A stretch of 64,000 nt of DNA from a virus, in the IMG/VR virus record IMGVR_UViG_3300031418_000004. One strand, given 5' to 3'. The notes beneath the pieces were generated by a model, which was not told the origin of the DNA, ran no database searches, and worked only from the letters and a program-made list of their open reading frames with translations. A program made the position numbers and the translations under genes. The first letter of the stretch is position 1; each line of letters begins with the position of its first letter. This document shows positions 61,790-64,000 of this stretch, one piece after another.

Positions 61790-62422
61790 CTACGGCCATG
61801 TTGCAGCTTGATCGATTGAAGGATTAACCCACAACACACCCGCTGGTAAATTTCCCGGCTGCGTAGAACTTACAACGATCTGTAATTTTCCGCTCGGCCC
61901 TTCTGCACCAGTTGGCCCCGTTGGGCCTGTTTTACCAGTTGCACCAGTTGGCCCCGGTTTTCCCATTGAACCAGTTGGCCCCGGCGGGCCTGTGTTACCT
62001 GTCGGGCCAGTTGGCCCAATGTCACCGGGCAATCCGGGATTTCCGTCGCGACCGTCTTTACCGGGATTTCCATCATCGCCGTCCGGCCCCACAGGGCCAG
62101 TACAACCAATGTTTCCATCGCGTCCGTCTCTTCCATCGCGTCCGTCTTTTCCATCTGCGCCAGTTTCACCGCGATTACCTTGTCGGCCAGGCGGAATTGT
62201 TCCGGCTGTTGGGAATCCTTTTATTTGAACACTCGATCCATTTTCAAATCGCAGTGTTAAGATTCCAGAAGTTTCGTCGTAGCTTGATTCACTTGTAATC
62301 TCTGACGGCACACCAACTTCTGTGCTTTGTGCAGTAAGCACACCGTTTTGTGCGCGAATCGGAGTATTGTCAGAAGCACGTCCTGACTGAACCATGCCTA
62401 AATCAACTTTCATTAAAGGCAT
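61790..62422 (-). CDS. collagen-like fibre protein, paralog 3
   Basis: [11 protein letters not shown] after AGGAG. About 100 aa of G-X-Y. C-terminus [32 protein letters not shown]. Confidence 0.75.
   Translation of the reverse strand: MPLMKVDLGMVQSGRASDNTPIRAQNGVLTAQSTEVGVPSEITSESSYDETSGILTLRFENGSSVQIKGFPTAGTIPPGRQGNRGETGADGKDGRDGRDGRDGNIGCTGPVGPDGDDGNPGKDGRDGNPGLPGDIGPTGPTGNTGPPGPTGSMGKPGPTGATGKTGPTGPTGAEGPSGKLQIVVSSTQPGNLPAGVLWVNPSIDQAATWP
61889..62188 (-). repeat. G-X-Y collagen-like triplet repeat tract
   Basis: [100 protein letters not shown]. Confidence 0.9.
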
Positions 62423-62434
62423 AAAAATTTACTC

Positions 62435-63409
62435 CTACTTTGGATTACGCGCTGTAACTTTCACAACTGCGCTGGCGGTTGTTGTAGGGCGCGAAGGTTG
62501 ACCCACATCCATTACTACGCAAGTTATCGTTGCGCGTAAGGAAAGTGTTTTGCCCGGATCAACTTTTCCATTAAAAACAATTTGCACAATACGATCATTA
62601 ACGCCTTTGATAACTAAATCTTGTGCGCTTGTGATCGTCCATTTATAAGTATAGTTTCCAGTTCCTCCGCGCACGTTGCACGGCAAATAAGCCTGCGCGT
62701 AAAACAGATCGTTACCAGCAACAACACGCGTTGCAACAAGATCTGTATTTGAAACAGAAGCACCAATAGAAGGAACAGCAGGAAGTGCGGGAATCGGATT
62801 TGTTGTTGCGATTGGAAAACACCAAGCGAAAACATTTTTAGTTGTCGGTGGAGAATTGCCGCCACTCACAACAACAGTTGTGTTTGGTGCAGGGCCAGTT
62901 GGCCCGGTTGCGCCGCTAATACAACTCGGCCCATCTTCACCGCTAGGCCCATCAGGGCCAGTTGGCCCGGTTCCACCTGTAGGCCCATCAGGGCCAGGCG
63001 GCCCCGGATAACCACGATAACCATCATCGCCATCCGGCCCATCTAAACCATCCTCACCATCCGGCCCCGGTTTTCCTTTTCCTCCGCGTGGGCCAGTATT
63101 TCCTCGCGATCCAGTTTTTCCATCGCGCCCGTTTCTTCCGTTTCTTCCCGGTTTTCCCGGAGCACCTTTGCCGCCGGGAGTTCCTTCACCAAATAAACTG
63201 ACAGTAGGAAGACCGCCAACTTTAACGATGTTCCCATTTTGTTTTATGATCACTAAGTTTCCAAGTTTAGGATCATATTTAATGTCAGCGATTTGTGTTT
63301 TTGTTAGTACGTCTGTTTCTTCGAAACCAAGTTCTTCCCTTCCAATTAATTCTTTGCCGTCTTGCTCTCTGGAAGTTTTAATCTGATTTAATCGAAGAAG
63401 TCCGGTCAT
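62435..63409 (-). CDS. collagen-like fibre protein, paralog 4, with ~150-aa beta-rich C-terminal domain
   Basis: Start MTGLLRLNQI overlaps the upstream stop (ATGA). About 100 aa of G-X-Y. Confidence 0.75.
   Translation of the reverse strand: MTGLLRLNQIKTSREQDGKELIGREELGFEETDVLTKTQIADIKYDPKLGNLVIIKQNGNIVKVGGLPTVSLFGEGTPGGKGAPGKPGRNGRNGRDGKTGSRGNTGPRGGKGKPGPDGEDGLDGPDGDDGYRGYPGPPGPDGPTGGTGPTGPDGPSGEDGPSCISGATGPTGPAPNTTVVVSGGNSPPTTKNVFAWCFPIATTNPIPALPAVPSIGASVSNTDLVATRVVAGNDLFYAQAYLPCNVRGGTGNYTYKWTITSAQDLVIKGVNDRIVQIVFNGKVDPGKTLSLRATITCVVMDVGQPSRPTTTASAVVKVTARNPK
62894..63190 (-). repeat. G-X-Y collagen-like triplet repeat tract, with one interruption at PSCIS
   Basis: GEGTPGGKGAPGKPGRNGRNGRDGKTGSRGNTGPRGGKGKPGPDGEDGLDGPDGDDGYRGYPGPPGPDGPTGGTGPTGPDGPSGEDGPSCISGATGPTG. 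Confidence 0.9.
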
Positions 63410-63990
63410 CGTGGTTCCACCTTGATACAAAGATTAGCAATTAACTTCGACGGATAGTTTCCTACCATCGCATTGCTGATACGCATCTTAGCAACGATTT
63501 CGATATAGCCTGCCGGATGATTATCACGAATCAGATCATAAATCTGCGTGATACTCGCATTGCCGTACGCGATTGATTCTGTTGTTTCAGAATTCACAAC
63601 AGCAAAACCAGCAGCGCCGCTTCCTTTAATTCCACGCGCATATTCAGGCGCATCAGTTCCCGGACTCGCACTGGCAAGAACATATTCGATATGCTCGTTA
63701 CCAATTGTTGAAGCAAATCCCGGCCCAAGCTGAGCTTGAAAATCAGCAGTTGCAGTAATCACAACACCTTTATTAAATTCGATGCGCTGGCGAATAATGA
63801 TTTCTTCACTATCCTCAACGCGATCCTGAATGTTGTAGATTGCTTTTGGATCTGCTTCTTCTGCAAGTGCCGATTTGGAATGAATGCGAATAAAAGGCCA
63901 AACGCCTTCAATCTCAATTCCTTTGCCTGCGAGAATATCAGGACTAAACATCGGAACGTTCAGCGGAGTCATACCCTGACGCTTGAACAT
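63406..63990 (-). CDS. hypothetical structural-module protein; the start may lie beyond the window
   Basis: 194-aa ORF from ATG 63990. The frame stays open to the window edge. Confidence 0.45.
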   Translation of the reverse strand: MFKRQGMTPLNVPMFSPDILAGKGIEIEGVWPFIRIHSKSALAEEADPKAIYNIQDRVEDSEEIIIRQRIEFNKGVVITATADFQAQLGPGFASTIGNEHIEYVLASASPGTDAPEYARGIKGSGAAGFAVVNSETTESIAYGNASITQIYDLIRDNHPAGYIEIVAKMRISNAMVGNYPSKLIANLCIKVEPR

Positions 63991-64000
63991 GAAACCTTGC

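Noticed and set aside
61244-62298. Pro-rich ORFs on the + strand (61244-61819, 61912-62298, 61992-62228; likewise 54749-55003 and 63168-63386) opposite the collagen-like genes
   Set aside because: They are the reverse-complement reading of GGN-NNN-NNN triplet repeats (Gly codons read as Pro/Ala on the other strand). They have no SD and they interrupt a coupled - strand operon. They are artefacts of the repeat.
1-64000. Search for CRISPR arrays, reverse transcriptase/DGR template-variable repeats, integrase/att sites, transposases and toxin-antitoxin pairs
   Set aside because: I saw no regularly spaced direct repeats, no YxDD reverse-transcriptase motif, and no tyrosine or serine recombinase or DDE motifs in any listed ORF. 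The only repeated DNA I could see is the collagen G-X-Y coding repeats and the two terminator copies.

Overview
The window reads as a contiguous fragment of a large tailed dsDNA phage genome. I saw no rRNA, tRNA, CRISPR array or cellular housekeeping genes. It has two convergent gene blocks that meet at a bidirectional hairpin terminator at about 37.75 kb.

Block 1 (+ strand, 1-37745) holds about 70 tightly packed, Shine-Dalgarno-led genes:
- The 3' part of a DnaB-like helicase.
- A large terminase whose Walker A P-loop is interrupted by an intein.
- A putative portal.
- A FEN-type 5'-3' exonuclease.
- A frame-disrupted Toprim gene.
- A Dam-type methyltransferase.
- dCMP deaminase, a divergent ThyA-family enzyme and a MazG-like protein.
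- Two GNAT-like proteins.
- A macro-like protein and a DUF2829 (Tad2-family) protein.
- An ASCH protein, a DUF4326 protein, an HD-type (p)ppGpp-hydrolase-like protein and a lipoprotein.
- Many ORFans.

This block is punctuated every 2-3 kb by RNA hairpin plus U-tract elements that abut the next ribosome-binding site. Several of them are preceded by a CTGTAAA heptamer.

Block 2 (- strand, 37786-64000) is a late, structural block:
- A holin/spanin-like cassette with no recognisable endolysin.
- An 11-gene operon, most of whose products share terminal motifs. Several also carry carbohydrate-binding-like modules.
- A 726-aa tail fibre.
- A 961-aa protein with an ILEI/PANDER (GG)-like domain.
- A free-standing HNH endonuclease.
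- Four paralogous collagen-like (G-X-Y) fibre genes.

All functional calls rest on motifs read by eye from the supplied translations. No database search was run. Most ORFs remain hypothetical.
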